From Chitinophagales bacterium (GTDB taxonomy: Bacteria; Bacteroidota; Bacteroidia; Chitinophagales; JADIYW01), in contig JAMLHH010000001.1 in assembly GCA_023957215.1 (NCBI GenBank), forward strand, positions 17,383 through 81,382: DNA of 64,000 nt, read 5' to 3'. The position numbers and the translations under genes are program-made. Under the pieces are notes generated by a model. That model did not search any database. It saw only the letters and a program-made list of their open reading frames with translations, and was not told where the DNA came from. This document shows, piece by piece, positions 19,157 through 28,928 of the stretch (the stretch's first letter is position 1; every line of letters starts with the position of its first letter).

Positions 19157-20473
19157 ATGAAAGAGGAGTTTTTGCATTTTGTTTGGAGTAGTCATCGTTT
19201 TAATCATCACAACCTTAAAACTTTAAAGGGACAATCTATACAAATAGTAGATTATGGCAAGTCAAACTATAACGACGGCCCGGACTTTTTGGAAGCCAAA
19301 ATCAAAATAGACGATATTTTATGGATAGGAAATGTCGAAATTCATGTTTGTACCAGCGATTGGGAAAAACACAAGCACAGCGATGATCCACAATATAAAA
19401 ATGTCATTTTACACGTCGTATATAGACAGGATAAAGAACTAAATGGCAATAATATCCCCACATTAGAATTAGACGGACTGATACACAAGTCTATCTATGA
19501 CAGATACAATTCATTGATGCAATCTAAACTCAATTTGCCTTGTCAACATTTTATACATGAGATAGATGAAGAAATCATTCAAATGTATTATCAAAGATTA
19601 ACGATAGAAAGGATACAAAGCAAAACTGAAAGGATAGAAGAATTATTAATCCGGTATAACAATGATTTTGAGCAGACCGCTTTTATTTTGATGAGTAAAT
19701 ATTTTGGCTTGGGAAGTAATAGTGACTCTTTTCAAGAATTAGCAAGTAGAATACCAGTCCAATGGCTATCCAAAATACGTCAAGAAGAAAATGGCATTTC
19801 TGCCCTTTTGATGGGTAGTGCAGGGTTTTTAGACAACATTCAAGATGATGACAATTTGTACATTCATCATCTCAAAGATAACTATATGCATTATCGACAA
19901 AAATGGGAAATCCAAACGATGAATGCACAGTGGTGGAAGTGGAAAATCGGTCGCCCCGCCAGTTTTCCGACATTGAAGCTCGCCCAGCTTGCACAAGTTG
20001 TGACGAATACATCTTCCATTTTTAAAATGATTATTGATCCCAAGTTGTTTAGAAAACAGTTGAAAGAGATAACACTACATTCATTTTGGGAAAGTCATTA
20101 TCAATTCAATCATATTTCCATTCAAATGGAAAAAAACCTATCTGATAGCTTTATAGAGCGACTGATTATAAATGTCAGCATTCCCATGATGTTTGCGTAT
20201 GGGAAGTATATAGGCGAATCCAAATGGTTAGATAGGGCTTTAGAGCTTTTGGAAGAAATGGATGCCGAAAAAAATCAAATTACAAAATCAATGATGAATG
20301 CAGGTCTGAAAAATGACAATGCTCTTAACAGTCAAGCACTCATCCATTTGAAATCTGAATACTGTGATAAAAGGAAATGTTTGAATTGTACGATAGGTAA
20401 TCACATTTTAAAATCAAATATCTATCAACTCAATTCAAACAATCCCGATATTTTACAAGAAGCCTATATCTAA
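19157..20473 (+). CDS. DUF2851 family protein
   Basis: 438 aa. The N-terminal block EEFLHFVW...GPDF...VEIHV.TSDWEKHKH...NVILHVV matches my recollection of DUF2851. C-terminal CxxC pairs. Confidence 0.65.
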   Translation: MKEEFLHFVWSSHRFNHHNLKTLKGQSIQIVDYGKSNYNDGPDFLEAKIKIDDILWIGNVEIHVCTSDWEKHKHSDDPQYKNVILHVVYRQDKELNGNNIPTLELDGLIHKSIYDRYNSLMQSKLNLPCQHFIHEIDEEIIQMYYQRLTIERIQSKTERIEELLIRYNNDFEQTAFILMSKYFGLGSNSDSFQELASRIPVQWLSKIRQEENGISALLMGSAGFLDNIQDDDNLYIHHLKDNYMHYRQKWEIQTMNAQWWKWKIGRPASFPTLKLAQLAQVVTNTSSIFKMIIDPKLFRKQLKEITLHSFWESHYQFNHISIQMEKNLSDSFIERLIINVSIPMMFAYGKYIGESKWLDRALELLEEMDAEKNQITKSMMNAGLKNDNALNSQALIHLKSEYCDKRKCLNCTIGNHILKSNIYQLNSNNPDILQEAYI

Positions 20474-20483
20474 AAGATAGATA

Positions 20484-21017
20484 TTAGAGCTTATAAGTTA
20501 TTTCTGTAGTCACTGATAATTTTACCTTATCTCCTACTACCATGCCACCTGCTTCCATCGCAGCATTGTATTTCAAACCAAATTCTTTTCTGCTAATTTC
20601 TCCACTGATTTCAAAACCTGCTCTTCTGAATCCCCAGTCATCATTTACAATACCGGTTTGTTCTACTTTTAATTTTACTTCTTTTGTAATACCACGGATA
20701 GTCATGTCACCGGTCATTTCATAATCGTCATCGTCTATCTTTTTGATACCTTTAGAAACGAAAGTAAGTTTTGGATGCTCAGCAGCGTTGAAGAAATCAT
20801 CACTTTTCAAATGGTTATCTCTTTGCTCTACACCCGTAGTGATAGAATCTAATGATGCTTCAAATTTGGCTTTCCCTGTAGAAAAATCTTCTTCTTCAGT
20901 TACTAATTCCCCGGTAAATTCTTTGAATTCACCTCTTACATTTGAAACCATCATGTGTCTTACTTTAAACTCGATTTTGGAGTGGCTCGCGTCAATAGCC
21001 CATACTTTTGTTGCCAT
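20484..21017 (-). CDS. YceI family protein
   Basis: 177 aa. WAIDASHSKIEFKVRHMMVSNVRGEF and RDNHLKSDDFF are typical YceI-like lipid-binding-barrel motifs. No signal peptide. Confidence 0.8.
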   Translation of the reverse strand: MATKVWAIDASHSKIEFKVRHMMVSNVRGEFKEFTGELVTEEEDFSTGKAKFEASLDSITTGVEQRDNHLKSDDFFNAAEHPKLTFVSKGIKKIDDDDYEMTGDMTIRGITKEVKLKVEQTGIVNDDWGFRRAGFEISGEISRKEFGLKYNAAMEAGGMVVGDKVKLSVTTEITYKL

Positions 21018-21047
21018 AAATAATTAATTTTTTAATTTTTTTAATAC

Positions 21048-21067
21048 ACAGTTGTATATACAACTGT
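21048..21067. promoter_or_regulatory. perfect 20-bp palindrome ACAGTTGTATATACAACTGT (candidate operator or RNA hairpin)
   Basis: Self-complementary over all 20 nt. Lies 31 nt upstream of the yceI start and 57 nt downstream of the dsbA-like stop. No U-run on either strand. Confidence 0.4.
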
Positions 21068-21123
21068 CACTATAACTTGATAGGGTTTAATTTGTTCGTA
21101 GAATGTTTGTTAACAAAAGTTAT

Positions 21124-21837
21124 TTAATTACAGTTTCCGTCCACATCGCATGAATCACCCTCATTGAGAATTTCTATTTTCTTTTGTTGTTGTGAAAATT
21201 CTCCCCAAGCTTTATTGAGTGCATCAGAGAAAGTATTTTCGTGTTGTGCACCTGAAATTGCATATTTATTGTTCAAAACAAAGAAAGGTACACCTCTTAC
21301 ACCCATCTGGGCAGCAGTCATTACATCTTGTTTTACCTCGTCAGTATAAGCATCGCTTGTCAAAACTTGAAGTGTTTCGTTTTCATCCAAACCTATATTT
21401 TTTGCAAGGTTTAGTAAAGTAGGGTCATCATCAATGTTTTTTGCCTCAATGAAATGAGCTTTGAATAATGCTTCTTCTATCTCGTTGCCCCATCCTTTTG
21501 TTTTTGCAAACTGAATCAAACGGTGTGCTTTAAAAGAATTAGCGACAATCATTTCATCCACATTAAATTTCAAATTGACACCTTCGGCAGAAAATTTCAT
21601 ATTTTTCATCATCATTTTGGCCTGTTCTCTACTGGTACCTTTTGCACTGACAAAATAGTCATAGATATCTATTGAAGTATCCGTCTTTAAATTGGGGTCT
21701 AATTCATAACTATGCCAAACAAGTTCTACTTTATCTCGATGTAAAAACTTTTTTAGCGCATTTTCCAAACTTCTTTTTCCGATATAACAAAACGGACATC
21801 TCACATCCGACCAGATATCAACTTTCATTTTTTCCAT
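21124..21837 (-). CDS. DsbA family oxidoreductase (FrnE-like)
   Basis: 237 aa. N-terminal thioredoxin-fold CPFC motif (DVRCPFCYIG) and a C-terminal GVRGVPFFV motif. Confidence 0.8.
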   Translation of the reverse strand: MEKMKVDIWSDVRCPFCYIGKRSLENALKKFLHRDKVELVWHSYELDPNLKTDTSIDIYDYFVSAKGTSREQAKMMMKNMKFSAEGVNLKFNVDEMIVANSFKAHRLIQFAKTKGWGNEIEEALFKAHFIEAKNIDDDPTLLNLAKNIGLDENETLQVLTSDAYTDEVKQDVMTAAQMGVRGVPFFVLNNKYAISGAQHENTFSDALNKAWGEFSQQQKKIEILNEGDSCDVDGNCN

Positions 21838-21931
21838 ACAAATCTTTTTCTATTAGTAAACTAACATTCAAGGATAAAGATAGTTTTTAGACCTTATCGG
21901 TTCATATTTCAAATTCAATAAAACGGTCATT

Positions 21932-22729
21932 TTATTGCCATACAGCAGAAAGCATTCTCTGCTTACCCATCAAGTCATTGTGAATCGTCACATCTGTAAA
22001 ACCTTGGCTTTCTATCTCGTTTTTTACCCGTGAAGCATTGTACTCATTGAGTTCAAAGTATAGATGTCCCCCTTTGTTCAAATGTGTTTTTGCATAGAGG
22101 GCTATTCTCTCATAAAAAATCAAAGGTTGTTTATTTTCTACAAAAAGTGCGGTATGTGGCTCATACATCAATACATTTTCATGCATCAAATCTTTTTCTT
22201 CAATAGGAATATAGGGTGGATTGCTGACGATTATATCTAATTTTTCATTCTGATTTTGGGACGTATTTAAAATATCATCTTGATAAAATCTAATCTCTAA
22301 ATTATAAGCTTTTGCATTTTCGACAGCCACTTTCAAAGCTTTTTCAGAAATATCACAAGCCTGCACTTTCCATGTCGGTCTGTTAAATTTCAGTGCTATT
22401 GGGATACAACCGCTACCTGTACCGATATCTAAAACACTTAAATTCTGTGATGTGTGATTTTTCAATATCAGATGTACCAACTCTTCCGTTTCCGGTCGTG
22501 GTATCAGCGTATCAGCAGTTACCTTTAGTTCGATATCGTAAAACCACTCTTTACCGATTACATATTGCCATGGTTCACTTCTTGAGAGTCTTCGCAACGC
22601 ATCTTCTTGTTGTGTCTTATCCCATTTGACAGCCTCCGGCAAAATATATTTGCAGATATTTTCAGCTTCTCTTTTCCCGTAAATCGGAGTCAAAGTTTCG
22701 AGCAACGTTTCTAATACCGGATTATTCAT
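21932..22729 (-). CDS. prmC: peptide chain release factor N5-glutamine methyltransferase
   Basis: 265 aa. SAM motif LDIGTGSGCI and substrate motif NPPY. Confidence 0.85.
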   Translation of the reverse strand: MNNPVLETLLETLTPIYGKREAENICKYILPEAVKWDKTQQEDALRRLSRSEPWQYVIGKEWFYDIELKVTADTLIPRPETEELVHLILKNHTSQNLSVLDIGTGSGCIPIALKFNRPTWKVQACDISEKALKVAVENAKAYNLEIRFYQDDILNTSQNQNEKLDIIVSNPPYIPIEEKDLMHENVLMYEPHTALFVENKQPLIFYERIALYAKTHLNKGGHLYFELNEYNASRVKNEIESQGFTDVTIHNDLMGKQRMLSAVWQ

Positions 22730-22767
22730 ACAATAATTGAGAAAGGTTTTGCAATTTTACATCTATT

Positions 22768-23793
22768 ATGAATAATGACACATTAAAGGATCAAAAGTTT
22801 ATCCGAAGATGTATTCAATTGGGCGAAATGGGAACGAGAGCTTCTATGCCTAATCCTTGTGTAGGTGCTGTCATTGTGTATCAGGATGAGATAATAGGTG
22901 AAGGTTATACTTCCCAATACGGTGGATCACATGGTGAAGTGAATGCCATTCATTCAGTGAAAAAGGTCAAACATCTAAAAGAAGCTACTTTATATGTGAG
23001 CTTAGAACCTTGTAGTCATTATGGCAAAACTCCCCCCTGTGCAAATCTCATCGTAGAAAAACAAATCAAACGTGTCGTCATCGGTACTTTAGACCCAAAT
23101 CCCAAAGTGGCAGGGAAGGGTGTGCAAATTCTAAAAGATGCTGGAATTGAAATAACAGTGGGCGTATTAGAAGATGAGGTCAAATGGAGTTTGAGATACT
23201 TTTTAAAATCTATTACGAAAAAACGTCCTTATGTCACTCTGAAATGGGCAGAAAGTCGAGATGGTTTTATCGCAAGAGAGAATGGTCGGGCTGTAAAAAT
23301 TACTAATTCTACTACTCAAATTTTGACCCATCGCATGCGTAGTGAACATCAAGGGATTTTGTGCGGTTGGAAAACAGTGGTCAATGATCAACCCAAATTA
23401 GACAATCGTCTATGGACGGGTCCTACACCAAAAGTCATTGTAATAGATTTACACCAAAAGTTGAATAATGACAGTCATTTTCAACAACAAGCAAAGTGGT
23501 GGCGAATAGTCCATACTGCTTCTGAAAGGGAAAATGACATTCTTGTAGAAAAAGATAATCTGGATGAAATTCTGAATATTTTATATGAGAAAGACATTCA
23601 CTCACTTTTTGTAGAAGGTGGAGCATTCACACATCAGCAATTTATAGACACTCAACTTTGGGACGAGTGCTACAAGTACATCGGCAATGTGGAAATAAAC
23701 AAAGGTATTTCTGCACCGAAACTCACAAATAACCAGCTATTTGAAAGATTTGAAATCAAGGAAGATTTGGTAATGAGATATGTAAGCTTATAA
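22768..23793 (+). CDS. ribD: bifunctional riboflavin biosynthesis deaminase/reductase
   Basis: 341 aa. CMP/dCMP-type deaminase motifs HGEVNAI and PCSHYGKTPPC, followed by a reductase domain. Confidence 0.9.
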   Translation: MNNDTLKDQKFIRRCIQLGEMGTRASMPNPCVGAVIVYQDEIIGEGYTSQYGGSHGEVNAIHSVKKVKHLKEATLYVSLEPCSHYGKTPPCANLIVEKQIKRVVIGTLDPNPKVAGKGVQILKDAGIEITVGVLEDEVKWSLRYFLKSITKKRPYVTLKWAESRDGFIARENGRAVKITNSTTQILTHRMRSEHQGILCGWKTVVNDQPKLDNRLWTGPTPKVIVIDLHQKLNNDSHFQQQAKWWRIVHTASERENDILVEKDNLDEILNILYEKDIHSLFVEGGAFTHQQFIDTQLWDECYKYIGNVEINKGISAPKLTNNQLFERFEIKEDLVMRYVSL

Positions 23794-23832
23794 TTCTTTC
23801 AAAATCAGACATAATCAACCTTCATCATATTG

Positions 23833-25122
23833 CTACGAGTTCATAATATCTTCTATTTCTTCCACGGTTACAGGAATATCGTACATCAAATCAATATTTC
23901 CTTGCGCTTGGACTTGGATATTATTTTCAATGCGAATACCCATATTTTCTTCCAAGATATAAATGCCTGGTTCTATCGTAAATAGATTACCGTTTTTCAT
24001 CTTTTCATATCGAGGACCGACATCGTGAACATCTATACCTAAAAAGTGACTGGCACCATGCATAAAGTATTTTTTATAGAGTGGAGTTTTGGGATTCTGG
24101 TTTTTAACGGCAATCTTATCTAAAAGTCCGATTTGTATCAATTCAGCTTCCATGATACGACCTATCTCTTTGTTGTATTCATCCAAAGAGTAAGAGACAT
24201 TAAACATCTCTATACCGGCTTGATGTACACGAAGACAGGCATTATAAACTTCTTTTTGTCTTGGCAAAAAGCGACCGTTTGCAGGAATCGTTCGTGTCAT
24301 ATCTGCGGCAAAGTTACCGTAATCTGCACCTACATCTAAAAGTATCAAATCTCCATCTTTGACGACACGGTCATTAGAAATATAGTGTAAAACACAAGCA
24401 TTTCTACCACCGGCTATAATAGGTGTATAAGCATGTCCGGATGCACCCTGACGGATAAACTCGTGTGTAAACTCGGCTTCAATCTCATATTCCATAACAC
24501 CGGGCTTGACAAATTTCAACACACGGATAAAAGCATCACGAGTGATTTCACAGGCTTTCCTGTGCATAGCGATTTCTTCCGGTTCTTTGACAGAACGAAG
24601 ATATTGCATGATAGGTCCAAGCCTTTTGAGTTGGTGACCGGGATATTGTTGTTTGAGTCGGTTTGCAAACCTGATATCTTTATATGGAACTTGAGTGGCT
24701 GCTCTATCATTTTCGTTGATATTGACATAGACATTTTCACAATATGCCATCAATGCAGGCAATACTGTATCAAATTCATCTTCCCAATATACATTTAGAA
24801 TCCCACTGGTGGCTTGAGCTTCTTCTATGGTGTATTTGTGTCCTTCCCATATAGAAATCAATTCATCAGTACGTCTGATAAAAAGGGCATCTCTGTAAAG
24901 TGGATTGGGACAATCAGGATAGATAACCAAAATAATACGCTCCTGATCGATTCCGGATAGATAAAATAAGTCTGCATTTTGTCTAAAAAGGTGCGTGCTG
25001 TCACCACTTCTCGGCATCTCATCATTGGCAAAGAAAATCGCCATGCTGTTGGGTGCTAATTTGGCAGAAAGTTTTTTCCTGTTTTTTACAAACAAGTTAG
25101 AATCAATAGGTGAATATCTCAT
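23833..25122 (-). CDS. Xaa-Pro aminopeptidase (M24B)
   Basis: 429 aa. N-terminal creatinase-like domain, M24 metal-ligand blocks (LLDVGADYGNFAADMTRT, HGASHFLGIDVHD, TIEPGIY, IRIENN). Confidence 0.85.
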   Translation of the reverse strand: MRYSPIDSNLFVKNRKKLSAKLAPNSMAIFFANDEMPRSGDSTHLFRQNADLFYLSGIDQERIILVIYPDCPNPLYRDALFIRRTDELISIWEGHKYTIEEAQATSGILNVYWEDEFDTVLPALMAYCENVYVNINENDRAATQVPYKDIRFANRLKQQYPGHQLKRLGPIMQYLRSVKEPEEIAMHRKACEITRDAFIRVLKFVKPGVMEYEIEAEFTHEFIRQGASGHAYTPIIAGGRNACVLHYISNDRVVKDGDLILLDVGADYGNFAADMTRTIPANGRFLPRQKEVYNACLRVHQAGIEMFNVSYSLDEYNKEIGRIMEAELIQIGLLDKIAVKNQNPKTPLYKKYFMHGASHFLGIDVHDVGPRYEKMKNGNLFTIEPGIYILEENMGIRIENNIQVQAQGNIDLMYDIPVTVEEIEDIMNS

Positions 25123-25133
25123 GTTTTTATTTT

Positions 25134-25808
25134 TTATCCCGGAATTCTTGACATGTATTTTTCCATGTCTTTTATAGTCTTAACAAGTTCTGCGGTACTT
25201 GGTTTGAGATTTTTAGCTTTTTTGAAATACATTTTTGCAGCTTTATAATCTTGTCTTTGAACACAAATAGATGAAAGTTGCAAATAAGCGGTCGCTTCAT
25301 TCTCTTTATCTGGCAATCCTAATTTGACGGCTTCTCTGAGTTGAGAATAAGCATCTTTCATATTGCCTTTTTTCATAGAAATAGCTCCTAATTGCAAATA
25401 AGAAACGCCATTATAGCCTTTCATCATGTCACTTTTGGTACTCAAACTCTTACGGATGTTCTTTTCTGCCTCATCAAAATCTTCACTCACCATATCAAGA
25501 TTAGATTTTAAAAGATAGTAACCCGATCTGACCGGCGGAATCAATAGTTTAGGAAATTTTACGCTATTGATAACGTCTCTTGCTCCTTCCATATCCCCTG
25601 TCTCTGCGAGTTGTTGGATATAACGCATCGGACCTATCAGCAAATCCCAAAGCAACAGTAAGACACCACCCAAATAGAATAACCAAGACCATTGATATCC
25701 TTTATAAACAGTCACTTGAATGATGACTCCAATGACTATAATCGCAATAGATAAGTACAATCTATTTTTGATATAAAATCTTTTTACATTACTAAGAAGT
25801 GAAATCAT
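25134..25808 (-). CDS. membrane protein with TPR-like repeats
   Basis: 224 aa. Two N-terminal TM helices followed by about three TPR-like repeats (GNMKDAYSQLREAVKL, QDYKAAKMYFKKAKNL). Confidence 0.5.
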   Translation of the reverse strand: MISLLSNVKRFYIKNRLYLSIAIIVIGVIIQVTVYKGYQWSWLFYLGGVLLLLWDLLIGPMRYIQQLAETGDMEGARDVINSVKFPKLLIPPVRSGYYLLKSNLDMVSEDFDEAEKNIRKSLSTKSDMMKGYNGVSYLQLGAISMKKGNMKDAYSQLREAVKLGLPDKENEATAYLQLSSICVQRQDYKAAKMYFKKAKNLKPSTAELVKTIKDMEKYMSRIPG

Positions 25809-25949
25809 GCTACAAAAATAAGAACTTAGTTTCAGCTATTTACTTCTTTATCTAAAAAGGTGGTAAAAAGCTAAGAAATAGATTAACTTTAAGGTTTGTA
25901 TGGCATAAAGATTGATTTATCTCACGCAAAGACCTTAAACTTATTTTTA

Positions 25950-28310
25950 ATGACAAAACGATATTTACCCATATTATTTCTTTTCGTTTTCACAAGTGTC
26001 ACTTGTCAATTTCTTTTTGCGCAAGACCACCAAAGCTTTTATAATACAGGGATACAAAAGAAAGACAAAGGTGATTTTGAGGGTTCTATTGCAGATTTCA
26101 ACAAAGCAATAGAAATCAATCCCAATTTCTCCGAAGCCTACAATAATAGAGGAACTTCCTATTTTGAATTAAAGAATTTTGAGAGTGCGTTGAGAGATTT
26201 TGACAAAGCCATTTCACTGAATGCGGATGTGCTCATTTATTATACCAACCGAGGTAGTGCATATTACGAAAAAAAGGAGTATCAAAAGGCTCTTTCCGAC
26301 TTTAATCATGTTTTGAAACAAAGCCCCAAGGACTATCAAGCACTTAAAAACAGAGCCGGAACTTTTATCGCTTTGAAAGATTTTGAATCGGCGATAAATG
26401 ATTATGACAATGTAATAGCCATGCGTTCCACTGATTATGCAAACTATACTTTTAGAGGTTTTGCCAAAAAAGAGTTAGGACGTTATAATGAGGCAATCAT
26501 AGATTTTTCAAGGAGTCTGGCCATGCAACCCAATCAGGTTTTTGCCCTTGTACATAGAGGAATCGCTTACTTTGAACTTCAACAATATAGCAAGGCCAAA
26601 GAAGATATGGACAAAGCTTTGACCATCGATCCCAATTCAGCTTTAGCGTATGCGTATCTTGCAGGATTAGCCAATGAAAACAACAATTTCAAACAAGCTT
26701 TAGAGCTTGCCCAAAAAGCAATCAATATAAACGGCCAGACCGGAGAAGCCTATGCTTTTCTCGGCTTTGCGCAATATCGTATGCACTCTTTGGCAGAAGC
26801 ACTAATCAGCCTCAAAAGAGGAATAGATTTAAAACCCAACAATGCGTATCCGTACATTTGGAGAGCAGCCGTGAAATATTCTTTACGTGAAAATCAGGCG
26901 GCACTTAGTGATTTGAATGAGGCAATCAAATTAAATAGCAATTCTGCGAGAGCTTATGCCGTACGTTCGATTGTCTATAATCAGATGTACCAACTTCAAA
27001 ATGCAAAAAATGATTTAGACAAAGCAAAAAATCTGAGTTCCAATGACGGCTTTGTTTTGTGGGCTTCGGCTTTGATGCAATTCAGGACACATCAATACAA
27101 AGATGCCTTGAAAGATATCCATCTCGCTTCAAGACAAGCTCCCAAACATGCAGAAATTTTGGCATGGAAATCTTTGATAGAAACCCAAAACGAACTGTAC
27201 AAACAAGCGGTAGAAGATGCTCAGCTTTCACAACAAGCAAGTCACAATTTTCCCAATGGATTTTATGCTGAAGGATGGGTAAATTACTATCAAAAAGATT
27301 GGAATGCGGCTCAAAAATCTTTTGAAGAAGCACTCCTAAGAGATTCCACTTCTTTGTATGCCATTGCCGGATATACTTTGACACTCAACGAAAAAGGCAA
27401 AAACGCCGAAGTCAACAAATTGAAAGATAAACTAACCCAACTATATCCTTATGAACCATTAACCTGGTCGGTCAATGCCAAAGTTTTATACGATAAAGGT
27501 TTGTATAGTGAAGCATACAAAAGTTGGAATAAAGCTATCCAGATTGACAACAAAGATCCGGAATTATTAGTAGGTAGGGCTTTGAGTTCAAGAGCTTTAA
27601 ACTTGACGACGGAAGGAATTGCCGATTGTAGCAATGCATTGACCCTGAATCCGGATTTTACACCGGCATATACTGCAAGAGGAAATATTTTTTACGATCT
27701 AAAAGATTATAACAATGCTATCAAGGATTATGACAAAGCACTTGAATTACAACCGAATGACTTGGGTGCACTTGCTAACCGTGTCAATATCAAGACGATG
27801 AAAGGTGATTATAAAGGTGCGATGAAAGATGTAGATGCTATTCTCAAAGAAGATACCACATTTATGCTTGGATGGGCCAATCGGGGTAGTCTGAAAGCTT
27901 CTATGGGTGATTTGAAAGGAGCAGAAAAAGATTTGGATAAAGCCATACAATTAGATAGTAAATATTCAACTGCATATTCAAACAGAGGCTTTGTCCGTTA
28001 CAATTTAGATAAGACAGACGAGGCATTGGAAGATTTGAACAAAGCCATTTCTTTAGACGGTAAATATGCTACGGATTATGTCTTGCGATCTTCGATTTAT
28101 CTCAAAAAAGGAGAGTACGAAAAAGTGGTGAAAGATGCCGATAGTGCCATCCGATTAAATGAGAAAGAACAATTAGGCCGGGTATATTATAATAAAGGTG
28201 TGGCAGAAGCCGAATTAGAAATGAACGATGAGGCTTGTGCCGATTTGAAAACTTCAAGTGAAAAATTATATCTTCCTGCTAAAAATGCCCTTAAAAAGTA
28301 TTGTAAATAA
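25950..28310 (+). CDS. secreted multi-TPR protein
   Basis: About 20 tandem 34-aa TPR units (recurrent A..D..KA..L.P....A...RG). The ORF opens at a TTG at 25896, but the ATG at 25950 yields a signal peptide (MTKRYLPILFLFVFTSVTCQFLFAQ). Confidence 0.7.
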   Translation: MTKRYLPILFLFVFTSVTCQFLFAQDHQSFYNTGIQKKDKGDFEGSIADFNKAIEINPNFSEAYNNRGTSYFELKNFESALRDFDKAISLNADVLIYYTNRGSAYYEKKEYQKALSDFNHVLKQSPKDYQALKNRAGTFIALKDFESAINDYDNVIAMRSTDYANYTFRGFAKKELGRYNEAIIDFSRSLAMQPNQVFALVHRGIAYFELQQYSKAKEDMDKALTIDPNSALAYAYLAGLANENNNFKQALELAQKAININGQTGEAYAFLGFAQYRMHSLAEALISLKRGIDLKPNNAYPYIWRAAVKYSLRENQAALSDLNEAIKLNSNSARAYAVRSIVYNQMYQLQNAKNDLDKAKNLSSNDGFVLWASALMQFRTHQYKDALKDIHLASRQAPKHAEILAWKSLIETQNELYKQAVEDAQLSQQASHNFPNGFYAEGWVNYYQKDWNAAQKSFEEALLRDSTSLYAIAGYTLTLNEKGKNAEVNKLKDKLTQLYPYEPLTWSVNAKVLYDKGLYSEAYKSWNKAIQIDNKDPELLVGRALSSRALNLTTEGIADCSNALTLNPDFTPAYTARGNIFYDLKDYNNAIKDYDKALELQPNDLGALANRVNIKTMKGDYKGAMKDVDAILKEDTTFMLGWANRGSLKASMGDLKGAEKDLDKAIQLDSKYSTAYSNRGFVRYNLDKTDEALEDLNKAISLDGKYATDYVLRSSIYLKKGEYEKVVKDADSAIRLNEKEQLGRVYYNKGVAEAELEMNDEACADLKTSSEKLYLPAKNALKKYCK

Positions 28311-28449
28311 TCCCAATAGGCATATCACCGGTTGATATACAAATCTTAATGCGCATACTTTACATAAAGATAAAGTCACGAAGACAATATGTCTTATAAA
28401 AAAATCCGTTTTATTTATCTTTGCTGAAATTCTAACTCAGTACGAAGTG

Positions 28450-28914
28450 ATGGATATCCAAATTCGTGAAGCTGCTCAAAAAGATTTACCTCTTGTATAT
28501 GAACTGATATATGAGCTGGCAGAGTTTGAAAATACATCACAGGAACATAATGTCACTTTAGAACAATTTATAGAAGACGGCATCGGTTCAGATCCACATT
28601 ATCTTTCGATAGTTGCCGAATCTAATGATGAAATCTGCGGAATGGCTTTATACTACTTAGGTTATTCTACTTGGAAAGGTAAAATGATGTATTTGGACGA
28701 TATCGTGGTGAAAGCAAAACATCGGAGAAATGGTATCGGGAAATTGCTTTTTCAACATTTGATACAAAAAGCCATAGAACACGAAGTGAATCAATTGAGA
28801 TGGCATGTTTTGGATTGGAATAAGTCAGCCATAGAATTTTACAAACAGTTCGATGCTTCTTTAGATGGAGAATGGATCACCTGTAAATTAGAAAAAGAAA
28901 AATTATACTTATAG
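28450..28914 (+). CDS. GNAT family N-acetyltransferase
   Basis: About 154 aa. Acetyl-CoA motif HRRNGIGKLLF. The ORF track starts at the GTG at 28447, and the ATG one codon later is used here. Confidence 0.8.
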   Translation: MDIQIREAAQKDLPLVYELIYELAEFENTSQEHNVTLEQFIEDGIGSDPHYLSIVAESNDEICGMALYYLGYSTWKGKMMYLDDIVVKAKHRRNGIGKLLFQHLIQKAIEHEVNQLRWHVLDWNKSAIEFYKQFDASLDGEWITCKLEKEKLYL

Positions 28915-28928
28915 AAAAATATAATACG

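Noticed and set aside
22730-22767. Possible FMN riboswitch upstream of ribD
   Set aside because: Only 38 bp separate ribD from the divergent prmC, far too short for an FMN element.
28347-28360. 13-mer AATGCGCATACTT shared between 28347-28360 and 34137-34150
   Set aside because: It is a single short repeat with no extended similarity on either side. Given the very large number of pairwise 13-mer comparisons in the window, it is not convincingly non-random.
28311-28446. Small hairpins (ATATCA-CCGGT-TGATAT at about 28333 and AAGACA-ATA-TGTCTT at about 28390) after the TPR gene as terminators
   Set aside because: The stems are 6 bp and AT-rich with no adjacent U-tract on the relevant strand. 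The evidence is too weak to call.
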